In this document: positions 37,501 to 47,097 of the stretch, piece after piece
Layout of the letters: every line of letters begins with the position of its first letter
Position numbering within the stretch: the stretch's first letter is position 1
From: a virus
Lineage: Duplodnaviria; Caudoviricetes
Strand: one strand, 5' to 3'
IMG/VR virus record: IMGVR_UViG_3300025706_000001
Coordinates: 64,868-128,867 of that record
DNA: 64,000 nt
Notes under the pieces: generated by a model
Told to the model about the DNA's origin: nothing
The model's database searches: none
The model's input: only the letters and a program-made list of their open reading frames with translations
Program-made: the position numbers and the translations under genes

Positions 37501-38974
37501 GGCTACTAATCCTGAAAGTAACGCTTGCTCTTTTCTGGACTGGGATGATGCTTCAATTGGCCAGCTGTGCAAGAAAGCAGCTAAGATCCTCGGTGATAAA
37601 GATGAAACACTCGCCATTCAGGCGACCGTAGCGGCAATGCTGCTCATGGAGTCTATTGTCTGCGCCGGCGCGGATCAGCGGTCTTGGAAGTTCGAGGGAG
37701 TTACGATCCCTGAGTTGGGTGGTGACTTTGAGATCGTGGTTAGCCGGCTTCCGAAAAATCGTGAAGTTGACGTTGACAGCCGTTTTCAGCCTATGGTAAA
37801 TTGACGGGAGTGAACTGAACGAAAGGCGGCTGGTCGCGTGATGAAGCACGCGGCTGGCAATAAGGGCCATTGAGGAATGCGAACATGCTGACTACTATTC
37901 TGGTAGAGAGAACCGACGGCGGCTTGAGTTCGCATTCCACGTCGTCGTCTTTGCCGGTTGGGCTTCAATCCCTTCCGGCGTCTAACATGCACAGCCTCGA
38001 TTGTCGCCATAGGCGGTCTTCGGGGCTTTTTTCGTGCGCTGTGGCAATAGGCCAGAAAGAACCAATGAACGACAGCCTTAGATTGGCAAAAGGGAACGTG
38101 TGTGGCCGGTCGCCCTGGGGTGAGCCCCAAATGGATCGTGTCCAAATCCGGTATGCGTAGTTAGGCTCCAGCTGTTGACCCGACCAGGGTGTGATCTTGG
38201 GCGGCGAGGCTGATTCCGCGATGGCTACGCACGGCGGCGAGAGCGAAATCGTCGTTAGTCACCACCCGGTGCCGAAGGACCTCCCACAGGAGGTGATTGC
38301 GGGGCTTTGTACTGCGGTGCGGGTGGCATGGGCTGCGCGCACACTGTATTGAAATCTGAGTTTAATCGACGGTCTTTTTCAACGAAAGCGAGGCTCAAAT
38401 GTTGCGTGAAAAAAACTGCTTCCACTTGTTCGACGTGTACGCCAAACTCATCGCTGTGATGGAGTTCAACGGGGGTCGCCCACTTGATGACAGGCAAAGG
38501 ATGCTGGTCTGGCGATCGTGTGTTGGCAATAAGAGCCGTGGCAGCGTCACACGGCATCCTGGCGTTCGTCGGACTTCGCGCCACGTCACGGTTAGCGAGC
38601 TGGCCCTCGTCAAGTCGTGCAAAAGGAAGGTGCGATGGTGAACAAACGGCGGGGCAACGAGCATGGTGTGAAGGGCGCGGTGATAGACATTGAAGTGGTG
38701 TCTTCGCGCCTAATGGACATTGATGACGAGTTATAAGTGGCCATCTGTACCAGTTCCCACTGCCAAGTGAGACGCAAAGGCAAGACACTACTGGACATCT
38801 GGCCGACGACAGGCAAGTTCCGCGTGCATGACGCACCGCAAGGCAGTCCAGCAGTGGTAGGAATCGCGGATGATGTTTTGGATGTGGTAGAGTGGTTGCT
38901 GAGCAAAAGTTCAGGCTGACCCAATGGCAATAAGGGGTCGTGTGGTTCTGCCCTCAATCAAAGAAAGGTGACCC

Positions 38975-39337
38975 ATGTTGATTACGTTTTTGAGAATCGA
39001 AAAAGACGATTTAACCGAAGAAGAGTACATGGACCTGTGGAACCTGTCGAACTGCAAGGCAGATGAGCCGTGCTGGAGTTTCTTGGTTCGTGTCGATCTC
39101 CTTGAAGGATGGCTGAAAGATATCGAGACGGACAAAGAAAACGGACATGAGTATCCTGCCTCACGAGTTGCTATCCTCCGGCTCGTTGAGCGCGCTTATA
39201 GGGAGGACGTGAGGGCAATTTTTGTAGTCAACGATTCCTATTACAGCGCCTCCGGTTACGACGACGATACAGCGCTGTCTATAGAAGATTCCGGCTGTGA
39301 GGCGGATCAAAAGTACGCTGCCGGATGGAATAGCTGA
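38975..39337 (+). CDS. Acidic hypothetical protein
   Basis: Motif plus GAAAGGTG RBS upstream. Confidence 0.6.
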   Translation: MLITFLRIEKDDLTEEEYMDLWNLSNCKADEPCWSFLVRVDLLEGWLKDIETDKENGHEYPASRVAILRLVERAYREDVRAIFVVNDSYYSASGYDDDTALSIEDSGCEADQKYAAGWNS

Positions 39338-39363
39338 GTTGACCAAAAGAAAGGTGGTGAAGA

Positions 39364-40002
39364 ATGTGTGACGCAATGGAAGCCTTCATGGCGGAAGGCA
39401 AGGGTGTTGGTTTGTTGACGGACGAGGAAACGCGAGAGTTGGCTCGTCGGGTACGGGCAGGTGATGCCGACGCGGTGAACGAGCTGGTCGAGCGCAATCG
39501 GCCGCTTGTGAAGAATCTAGCGAGGCGGGTTCTGGGTCCACGGTACAATGCCGACGACTTCCTGGACGACGTGCAGGATGGCATGGTGGCCCTGTGGCGG
39601 GCCGTGGAACGGTACGACCCGGACCACGAGGCCGGGGCGAAGTTCGGCAGCTACGCCACGCTGGTGATCGTCCGCAGACTTCTGGCAAAGAACCGTCGCA
39701 GGGTGGCTCGCAGGAAGGTGGTGGTCACAATGACGTTCTGCCGAGGCATTGATGATGACGGTGGAGAGCGTGATGCTCCGCTCGCGGAAGAGCCGGTGTG
39801 TGAAACCGAGGACCAGATTTTGGTCGATGTTTCAGACGCCGTGAACGACTTGCCTGATGACGAGCGCCGTCTTGTCCGTCAGCACTACTACGAAGGCCGA
39901 AACCTGGAAGACATCGGCCGCGAGATTGGCGTGTCGCACACGACGGCCTTGAAGCGTATTCGTCGTGGGGTGGCGAAGGTACGGCAGGCGGTGATGGCGT
40001 AG
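39364..40002 (+). CDS. Phage-encoded sigma70-family sigma factor
   Basis: LLT.EE..ELA.R...GD..A...LVE.N..LV...A (r1.2/2.1); D..Q.G..AL..AVERYDP...KF.SYA (r2); L...ER.....Y......LE.IG...GVS (r4). Confidence 0.9.
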   Translation: MCDAMEAFMAEGKGVGLLTDEETRELARRVRAGDADAVNELVERNRPLVKNLARRVLGPRYNADDFLDDVQDGMVALWRAVERYDPDHEAGAKFGSYATLVIVRRLLAKNRRRVARRKVVVTMTFCRGIDDDGGERDAPLAEEPVCETEDQILVDVSDAVNDLPDDERRLVRQHYYEGRNLEDIGREIGVSHTTALKRIRRGVAKVRQAVMA

Positions 40003-41321
40003 GGGCGTGGCAATAAGGAGGGAAACATGAAAACGCTAGAGCAACTGAAAATTTGTGAGCGGTGCGGGTGTGAGAAGTCTCCCCCGCGTGACCGCATGAC
40101 TGGCTTGTGCTGCAAGTGCGACGCGGAATCGACATGCCGGCATTATCAGGACAGACCGCATGGCCTGCTGCCGAAAGACTGGACGTGCCCAGCCGGCGTG
40201 CAGCCGATCAACTTGGCTGGCTATGGTCCTGGCTGTTTGACGCGGATTCCGTGCCGATGGATTCCACCGGCAATAGTAGACGGAACGTAGGCGACGTGCG
40301 ACAAGTTCGAGCCGTCCGACATTGAGGGCGAGTTTGCGTGGGACCGCGCCATCGAAGAAAGCGATCGCAGGATGCAACTGGCCATTTCGGTTATTGCAAA
40401 GGTGAAGAAAGAGCACAAGGGACGAGATTGGCGTGGTGAAGTGCCGTGCCCGACCGGATGTGGTGGGACGTTGCATCTTTCGCACGCCGGTCTGAATGGG
40501 CATGTATGGGGGCAGTGTTCAACCGATGAGTGCCTTAGCTGGATGGAGTGAAGGCGCGGCGGCAATAAGGGACGTGGAGCAAAAGTCCAGACTGGCCCAA
40601 TGGAGAGATAGTTATGAAACCAGGAGTACCTGAAGCGATTGAGGCAATGTTTGCTTTGTGCCAGGCAATTGGCGATGACGTGACGGTCAATGATTTGGCT
40701 GAGGGATGCAAACTGGCGATTGCTGACGGTCATGACATGGCGCAAATCCAGCTTTTCATGATGTCGGAAGCGATCAGAATCAGCAAGCCAAAGGATGTGT
40801 TAGTGAAAGAGGAGGCAGAGATATGAAGTGTTTTTGCTGTGGTGAGGAATGCAACGAAACGGGGATGGCCAGGATCGACTTCCTGGGCGAGCCTAAGTTT
40901 GTCTGTGAGAAGTGCGAGGAAATCGCTCGTTGCGGACGGAGGCTGATGCCGCAGGTGGAGTGCTCTCGCCCGTGGGTATTGGCAATAGAGAGGAAGCGCG
41001 GGCCGGTTGGCAGCCTCTATGGGTCGAAGTAGCTGGAGAACTGGCAATGCAATTGGCAATTAAGCTGATGGATTGGGACGCAAGAAAGAAGTCTGGCGAT
41101 TGCGAAAGGTTTCATTGGCTGGCGTTCGAGTGGCAGCATTTGAAACCACGCCCAGGCCCTGACTCAGTGAGATCACACGAGTACACGCTGTGGATCTTGG
41201 TTGGTTGGGGAGGGGTAATGATCGAGTTGATTTGTGCGCCGTAAGTCTTGTTGCTGTTGGGTGGCAATAAGTGGTTGTTGGTTGGTTGACCGTATCTGTT
41301 TTCAGGAAAGGTGGTAGTGTC

Positions 41322-42248
41322 ATGGCGAGTCAGTATGCAGAAGCGTTGCGGGCGAAGTTCTCGGCGGTTCGTTTGCGGACGAAGTGGTGGGGCGTGACCC
41401 GCAAGGTCGATGACGTGACGAGGGACAAGATGGCTGAGGCGGTTGGCGCGTGCGCCGAAGAGGTACACGTCAAGAAGTATCTCGTGAACACAAAGCATCC
41501 CAAGTACAAGGGATGCACAAAGGTTCGGTCGAACGTCAAGGCGTTCTTCCGCAATACCACGAACCCGTGGCCGGAAGACGGCGTGCGGTTGTGTTTACGC
41601 GAAGACGTCCAGAAGATCACGGATCAGGTCGCCCGCGCGCAGTCGGCTTTGGATCAGGCCGTGGCGGGGCTGAACGAGGTCTACGCCGAGATCCGCGAGG
41701 AGCGTCGGCAGTCGCTGGGCACGATGTTCCGGGAAGACGACTACCCGGAAACCCTCGAAGGACTGTTCGAGGTGTGGCTGGAGTTCGTGAATATCGAGCC
41801 ACCGGAATACCTCCAGGGAGAGAATCCTCGCGCCTTCGAGATGGCCGAACGGCAGGCCCTGGCCCGGCTGGAAGAGGCTGTGGGCTTGATCGAGACCTCG
41901 ATGGCCGAAGAGTTCAAGGTCTTCCTGGACTCGATGGTGGATCGTTTGGGTCTGGACGACCAGGGCAAGCCGAAGCGGTTCCAGGTCCAGAAGGACGGTC
42001 GCTGCCCGGTGATCGACAACTTGAAGGACTTCTTCGCGAAGTTCAAGTCGATGAGCCTGGGCAGCAACGAAGCTCTGGACGAGTTGGTCAAACAGGCCGA
42101 GCAGGTCATTCAGGGGGTAAATCCGGAGGGCCTTCGCGAGTCTATGGGCGCGCGAGAAGCGGTGCGGGAAGGCATGAAGGCCATCGGCGCACAGTTGGAC
42201 AAGATGGTCGAACTGAAGCCTTCGCGGGTGGTGACGTTCGACGATTGA
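41322..42248 (+). CDS. DUF3150-like protein
   Basis: WWG..RK, K.L, T.PW.EDGVRL, LG.MF...DYP, N...L..LV..A. Confidence 0.6.
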   Translation: MASQYAEALRAKFSAVRLRTKWWGVTRKVDDVTRDKMAEAVGACAEEVHVKKYLVNTKHPKYKGCTKVRSNVKAFFRNTTNPWPEDGVRLCLREDVQKITDQVARAQSALDQAVAGLNEVYAEIREERRQSLGTMFREDDYPETLEGLFEVWLEFVNIEPPEYLQGENPRAFEMAERQALARLEEAVGLIETSMAEEFKVFLDSMVDRLGLDDQGKPKRFQVQKDGRCPVIDNLKDFFAKFKSMSLGSNEALDELVKQAEQVIQGVNPEGLRESMGAREAVREGMKAIGAQLDKMVELKPSRVVTFDD

Positions 42249-42302
42249 GGGTTGTTTTGATTACTTGCTTACCAGGGGTGTTTTAACAGAGAGGTTGTTT
42301 TT

Positions 42303-43253
42303 ATGTCACAGATTGCGCACAAAATAACGAGAGACCAGATCGACGCCAATGGAAAGTACATTGGGTCGATTGACGTGTCCAACTTCGATGGCGATTTGGA
42401 GATCAGCGACGGACTTGGCTGTGTGTTTTTTTTGAGACTGTCCGTAACTGGCTGGATTGTTGTCAAAGCCGGGTCGGGCATCAAAGCCGGGGGGGGCATC
42501 AAAGCCGGGTCGGGCATCAAAGCCGGGGAGGGCATCGAAGCCGGGGAGGGCATCGAAGCCGGGTGGGGCATCGAAGCCGGGTGGGGCATCAAAGCCGGGG
42601 AGGGCATCAAAGCCGGGTCGGGCATCAAAGCCGGGGAGGGCATCGAAGCCGGGGAGGGCATCAAAGCCGGGTCGGGCATCAAAGCCGGGGAGGGCATCAA
42701 AGCCGGGTCGGGCATCAAAGCCGGGTGGGGCATCAAAGCCGGGTCGGGCATCAAAGCCGGGTTGGGCATCGAAGCCGGGTCGGGCATCAAAGCCGGGGAG
42801 GGCATCAAAGCCGGGTGGGGCATCAAAGCCGGGTCGGGCATCAAAGCCGGGTTGGGCATCGAAGCCGGGTCGGGCATCGAAGCCGGGTGGGGCATCAAAG
42901 CCGGGGAGGGCATCAAAGCCGGGTGGGGCATCAAAGCCGGGTCGGGCATCGAAGCCGGGGAGGGCATCGAAGCCGGGTGGGGCATCAAAGCCGGGCTTTC
43001 GATTACCTGCAAACGGCGACTATCGGTCGCATTGAGAGTCTTTGCTGGACTCTGTTTGTGGAAACTACCAAGTAGGGAAGAGATGGAGATTCGGTGTGGC
43101 AAGCTCGAAAGCGGGACGATCTCATTTGGGACTCTAGTGGAGGCGGGACTGCCGGAAGATGTGGATGCCGGCGTGAGTCAGAGCATTGAAGTTATTCCCC
43201 ATGAGGATCTCAATCAGTTGATGTGGTCAAGTGTCGTGACGCTCGAAGGCTGA
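42303..43253 (+). CDS. Hexapeptide-repeat (GI[K/E]AGx) beta-solenoid-like protein
   Basis: ~30 repeats between unique N- and C-terminal segments; GAGG RBS. Confidence 0.8.
   Translation: MSQIAHKITRDQIDANGKYIGSIDVSNFDGDLEISDGLGCVFFLRLSVTGWIVVKAGSGIKAGGGIKAGSGIKAGEGIEAGEGIEAGWGIEAGWGIKAGEGIKAGSGIKAGEGIEAGEGIKAGSGIKAGEGIKAGSGIKAGWGIKAGSGIKAGLGIEAGSGIKAGEGIKAGWGIKAGSGIKAGLGIEAGSGIEAGWGIKAGEGIKAGWGIKAGSGIEAGEGIEAGWGIKAGLSITCKRRLSVALRVFAGLCLWKLPSREEMEIRCGKLESGTISFGTLVEAGLPEDVDAGVSQSIEVIPHEDLNQLMWSSVVTLEG
42465..42995 (+). repeat. 18-bp tandem repeat, ~29.5 copies
   Basis: GGCATC(A/G)AAGCCGGG-NNG. Confidence 0.97.
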
Positions 43254-43358
43254 GAGCACCCTTTCCTTGGGGCGGCGGGCTCGTTGCTCGTCGCCCCGTT
43301 TCTGTTGGCAATAAGGGTATGTGGTGGATTGGTTACCCATTCAAGAAAGGGAGAAGCG

Positions 43359-43598
43359 ATGACAAAGTTCAGACTTGACATTCCGGCGTCACTGATGATG
43401 ACGTTCGAGGGCGAGACGGAAGAGGAAGCGATTGCCGCTGCCAAGGACTGGTGCGGCATCCATGAAGGCATTGACCTTGATGACTTTCGTGACATCGAAG
43501 CCCGGCTGTATCCGATACCCTGCGGCACTGAAGCCGAACAGATCGAAGTGGCCGACGCTTGGGATGAAGAGGATTCTGTCGTGGACGGCGGGCAATAA
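43359..43598 (+). CDS. Very acidic small protein
   Basis: Motif plus RBS; its stop TAA lies inside the next GGCAATAAG. Confidence 0.65.
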   Translation: MTKFRLDIPASLMMTFEGETEEEAIAAAKDWCGIHEGIDLDDFRDIEARLYPIPCGTEAEQIEVADAWDEEDSVVDGGQ

Positions 43599-43642
43599 GC
43601 AGGTGTGTCGAGCCTGTTGTTTGCTTCATGAAAGGTGCAGTG

Positions 43643-43909
43643 ATGGATAATGAACATTTGATCGAGCAGATGCGGTCGTACATTGGGCTGGCTTACAGCA
43701 TGTTCTGTGACGGCTACAGGGTGAACTCAGACGATGCGGTGAAGTCGATCGCGTCGAGGACTGGGATGTGCCGCAGCACGGTGCGCAAGCTGGTCGATGG
43801 CGACACGGCGTGTCCGAGGTACTTGACAGTGAAGAAGTTTGGTGACGCCTGTGGCCTGCATTTGGTATGGACGAAGGGTGGCCAGCCTCGTCTGAAGTTG
43901 GCGTCGTAG
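43643..43909 (+). CDS. Cro/XRE-like HTH protein
   Basis: IASRTGMCRSTVRKL..GDT..PR..TV.K...ACG. Confidence 0.65.
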   Translation: MDNEHLIEQMRSYIGLAYSMFCDGYRVNSDDAVKSIASRTGMCRSTVRKLVDGDTACPRYLTVKKFGDACGLHLVWTKGGQPRLKLAS

Positions 43910-43962
43910 TGGCAATAAGCCACTGTGGTGAATCAGTTCTACTTTTAGGAAAGGGACGAACA

Positions 43963-44286
43963 ATGCACACTCCAACTCCGTGGGCTGCAAAACAGGATTT
44001 GGCGACCGGACGGTGGTACATCGAGATAAGGGAAGATGGGTACAAAGCCCCGATCGTGTTCCCTGGAATCTGTGGGAACCCTGAGCACATCGGTGGACCG
44101 CGATTTCAGGGCGACGCGGGTGACAATGCCAAGTTCATCGCTTTGGCGTGCAATTGCCATGACGACTTGCTCGCCGCCTGCAAGTATGCAGCCGAGTTTT
44201 GTACATGCGCAAGGTCTGCTGAAGAGATGCAGACAATCGGAAAACGACTCAATGCCGCCATCAGTGAAGCAGAAGGGAGAAGCTAG
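43963..44286 (+). CDS. Hypothetical phage protein
   Basis: HTPTPW...NAKFI..A.N..DDLLAAC pattern. Confidence 0.65.
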   Translation: MHTPTPWAAKQDLATGRWYIEIREDGYKAPIVFPGICGNPEHIGGPRFQGDAGDNAKFIALACNCHDDLLAACKYAAEFCTCARSAEEMQTIGKRLNAAISEAEGRS

Positions 44287-44288
44287 TC

Positions 44289-44624
44289 ATGCCGTGCTAT
44301 CAAGTACGAACCTACAGCGTCGAGTTCAAAGCAGGCAACCGCGCCATCTTCGACGCTGCGGTGAATGCCTTGGGATGGAAGGCGCAGAACGTGTCAGATA
44401 GTGTCGTGTCATTCGACGGAGGGATGATCAGGATCGACCTTGCCAGTGGTAAGGCGACAGTCATGGAACAACCCGGCCAGATGACCTACCAGGAGAAGCT
44501 GAACGCCTTGAAGCGATCTTACTCGCGCCAGGCAGTCAACGCTGCGGCCAAGCGGATGGGCTGGCAGGTTGGTACGGCGGTGGGTGTGCAGGACAAGGGA
44601 CGCTTAATGAAAAGGGTGGGCTGA
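44289..44624 (+). CDS. DUF1257/Ycf35-like protein
   Basis: A...LGW...LN.LK..Y....V...A...GW.V pattern, plus Ycf46-like ATPase context. Confidence 0.5.
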   Translation: MPCYQVRTYSVEFKAGNRAIFDAAVNALGWKAQNVSDSVVSFDGGMIRIDLASGKATVMEQPGQMTYQEKLNALKRSYSRQAVNAAAKRMGWQVGTAVGVQDKGRLMKRVG

Positions 44625-44883
44625 TGGCCAGATTCAAACCTGGAGATAAGGTGTTGTTCATTGGGGACAGCAGTGACGTGATGGGCGACCTCGCGAGCGA
44701 CTGCTTGGACTCGCTGATTACTCCGAAGCGATGTGCTGCGTGCATGGAAGCTATTCGCACTGGCGCGACCCTGAAGGTACATCGCGTTAGCAGGCGTGGC
44801 ATTGCAGTCAAGGCTGGTCGGGTTTTGATGCCGATGCTGTTTGACGAGGACGATTTTTGTTTGGCAAAGAAAGGCGAGAAGCG

Positions 44884-45180
44884 ATGACGCCTGCTGAAAA
44901 ACTGGCCAAGTACGGCCCGATCGTCCTGGAATGCAACAGCAAGTCCGAACCGGACAAGACGCACTTTGTTCGGTGCAAAGACGGGTGCTACTCGTGCAAC
45001 TGCAAGGCGTGGATATTCAGCCGCGACAAGCCGAAACGATGCAAACACACGGATCGGGCGCAGCAAGACGACGGCCCGCAGTTCGGATGGTCGCCATTGA
45101 AGACGGCCGTGGCAATTACAGCAAAAGCCCAGACTGCACCAATGACTCGTGCAGTCCGGAAAATCACGTTCGACGACTAG
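44884..45180 (+). CDS. SWIM-type zinc finger protein
   Basis: SCNCKAW...CKH. Confidence 0.7.
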   Translation: MTPAEKLAKYGPIVLECNSKSEPDKTHFVRCKDGCYSCNCKAWIFSRDKPKRCKHTDRAQQDDGPQFGWSPLKTAVAITAKAQTAPMTRAVRKITFDD

Positions 45181-45195
45181 AAAGGCGAATGATAA

Positions 45196-45402
45196 ATGAG
45201 CATGGACATCATCAACTGGGAAATACTGGCAGACGGGACGATCAGTCTCAAGACGCCGGGGATCTCGAAGGAAAATCATGTCTCGGCCGACGAGCTACTT
45301 GAGCAGTTGGCTGAGAACATGGGTGGCGCGGTTACGATCGAGAAACTCAAGAAAGGGTACGTGCCGGTGGGCCACCATCATCACGACCATGTGCATCACT
45401 AG
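45196..45402 (+). CDS. DUF2997-like small protein with a His-rich tail
   Basis: I..EI..DGTI...T.G...LE.L....GG; ends HHHHDHVHH. Confidence 0.5.
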   Translation: MSMDIINWEILADGTISLKTPGISKENHVSADELLEQLAENMGGAVTIEKLKKGYVPVGHHHHDHVHH

Positions 45403-45433
45403 GTTTGTGTTTTTTCACGAAAGGGCTCAGAAG

Positions 45434-46012
45434 ATGAGTACGGCGACGTTGGAAATTGGGACTGAACGTGTTGGTACGCGGGTGTACGTGACTGGAAACA
45501 CGTATGCCGTGAAAGATCGTCTCAAAGCAGCTGGCTGCCACTGGGACGGCGAGCGACGGCAGTGGTGGATCGGCGCGGCCAAGCAGGCGGCCATTGCGGC
45601 GATCGTGGGTGGGTTGGCCGGACAACCTGCGCCGAAGGAAGACTTGTCAACGCGGCGAGTGTACGGCAAGGTCAAGTACAAGGGTCGTCTGTATTACGTC
45701 ATCGGACAGAGTGGCAGTGGTCGATTGCGGCTGACCGTCTTGGATGGCAAGATCGACTTCTGGGCCGATGAGTCGGCCTGTCAGTGGGAGAAGCGGTACA
45801 CGCCGCGTGAGTATCGGGGGCGGACGGAATACCAGACCCTCGGCGGCATTCAGCGGTTCGTCGAATCGCGAAAGCAGCACGATCCCGACGGCATTGGCCA
45901 AAACTTGGAGCCGGGCTATTACATGCAGAATGGGGAGGTCCTGGCGAGCGGCTGTGCCGAGTGTCGGCGGCTTGGCACGATGTGCCGGTCCTGTCAGCAT
46001 GACTACGAATAG
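45434..46012 (+). CDS. Hypothetical protein (DUF5710-like N-terminus)
   Basis: GNTY.VKD.LKAAG..WD.ER.QWW. Confidence 0.6.
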   Translation: MSTATLEIGTERVGTRVYVTGNTYAVKDRLKAAGCHWDGERRQWWIGAAKQAAIAAIVGGLAGQPAPKEDLSTRRVYGKVKYKGRLYYVIGQSGSGRLRLTVLDGKIDFWADESACQWEKRYTPREYRGRTEYQTLGGIQRFVESRKQHDPDGIGQNLEPGYYMQNGEVLASGCAECRRLGTMCRSCQHDYE

Positions 46013-46018
46013 ACGAAC

Positions 46019-46052
46019 GGGGCGGTCGGGCTGCGGCTCGATCGCCCCTTTT
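46019..46052 (+). terminator. Intrinsic terminator, representative of about 15 in 43-59 kb
   Basis: GGGGCGGTCGGGC-TGCG-GCTCGATCGCCCC-TTTT directly before the motif at 46057. Others at about 43269, 46638, 50318, 50660, 51387, 52285, 52924, 54001, 54855, 55426, 56025, 56529, 57557, 58366, 58866. Confidence 0.8.
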
Positions 46053-46150
46053 GCGTGGCAATAAGACCTTGTGTTGGTTTGTTTCGCGGCCACGGCGAAC
46101 GAGATTACTGTCCCGTAGTGGCACAGGACAGTACGAAAGAAAGGTGACAG

Positions 46151-46624
46151 ATGACAGTCGAGACGATGGCCCAAGAGGCCCCAGTGACCCAAGAGGTCGT
46201 GACATTGAGTGAGCGTGTCCAGTCCGCGTGCGATATCGCAGCAGGCCGGACTCTGGCAGATCCCGCATCGAGCGGGAAGCGAATCGTCGGTGCGAAGAAG
46301 GATTTGAACTGCAAGGGTCGTGGCCCGCAGTGGTATCGCATGGTCTACCGTGGCGGCTGGAAGTACGTCAGCAACGAGCGGTTGCCGAATGGGGCTTTCC
46401 GCGCTTCCGAGCGTCGGGCCGAGGTCCACGGAAACGTCTATCCCGGCGAGATCGTCGTGAGCCACGACCGAGGCAAGCCGGTTGATGCAGCTTGGCTGGT
46501 CTTGACGCCGGATGCTGAAGGCAAGGTGCTTCGGTCCATCGAGTTCGCAAGTCGTCGCGATGGGAAGCTGGCATTTCATCTGCCGGATGGATCTGAGGTC
46601 GTTCTGCCGAATCCTCGTGAGTAG
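46151..46624 (+). CDS. Hypothetical protein
   Basis: GAAAGGTG RBS. Confidence 0.6.
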   Translation: MTVETMAQEAPVTQEVVTLSERVQSACDIAAGRTLADPASSGKRIVGAKKDLNCKGRGPQWYRMVYRGGWKYVSNERLPNGAFRASERRAEVHGNVYPGEIVVSHDRGKPVDAAWLVLTPDAEGKVLRSIEFASRRDGKLAFHLPDGSEVVLPNPRE

Positions 46625-46726
46625 GTGGCGTTGGTTTGGGGCGGCGGGTTTTAGCCTGCCGCCCCTTTTGCATTGGCAATAAGGGGTCAGTAGATGTTAC
46701 TGATCTCTCTTGTGAAAGGGGAATGT

Positions 46727-47068
46727 ATGCGCATAAGATGTCGAACCAACTTAGATCTTCGTGGGGAGCAGTGGCCCAGTGAGTTGCCATCTGTTCCTTG
46801 CGTGGGCGATCGTATTCGATCGGCCACAAGACACGGCACGTTTCAGCTTGAACTTCAGGTTTGCCGTGTCACCTGGATAGAAGTTACGGACCCAATTACG
46901 GTTAAAAAGGCGTGGGTTCCGGAAGTCGAGTTGCACATGACAGATTGGCAACAGAAGATGTCATGTGCCAACAGGATTAATGGCTGCGACTGCGCCGATG
47001 GATCAATCTGTGCGTTCTATCACTGGTACGCTCCATTGGTCGGTACGACCGCGAGCGCGTTCATCTGA
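46727..47068 (+). CDS. Hypothetical protein
   Basis: Motif plus GAAAGGGG RBS; VP.VGD.I. Confidence 0.6.
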   Translation: MRIRCRTNLDLRGEQWPSELPSVPCVGDRIRSATRHGTFQLELQVCRVTWIEVTDPITVKKAWVPEVELHMTDWQQKMSCANRINGCDCADGSICAFYHWYAPLVGTTASAFI

Positions 47069-47097
47069 GTTGCTTCTTCACAGGAAAGGGAAATGAC

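Noticed and set aside
42457-43102. Extra long ORFs in other frames and on the opposite strand over the 18-bp repeat; possible CRISPR array
   Set aside because: A stop-free repeat unit opens several frames automatically. There are no unique spacers and no cas genes.
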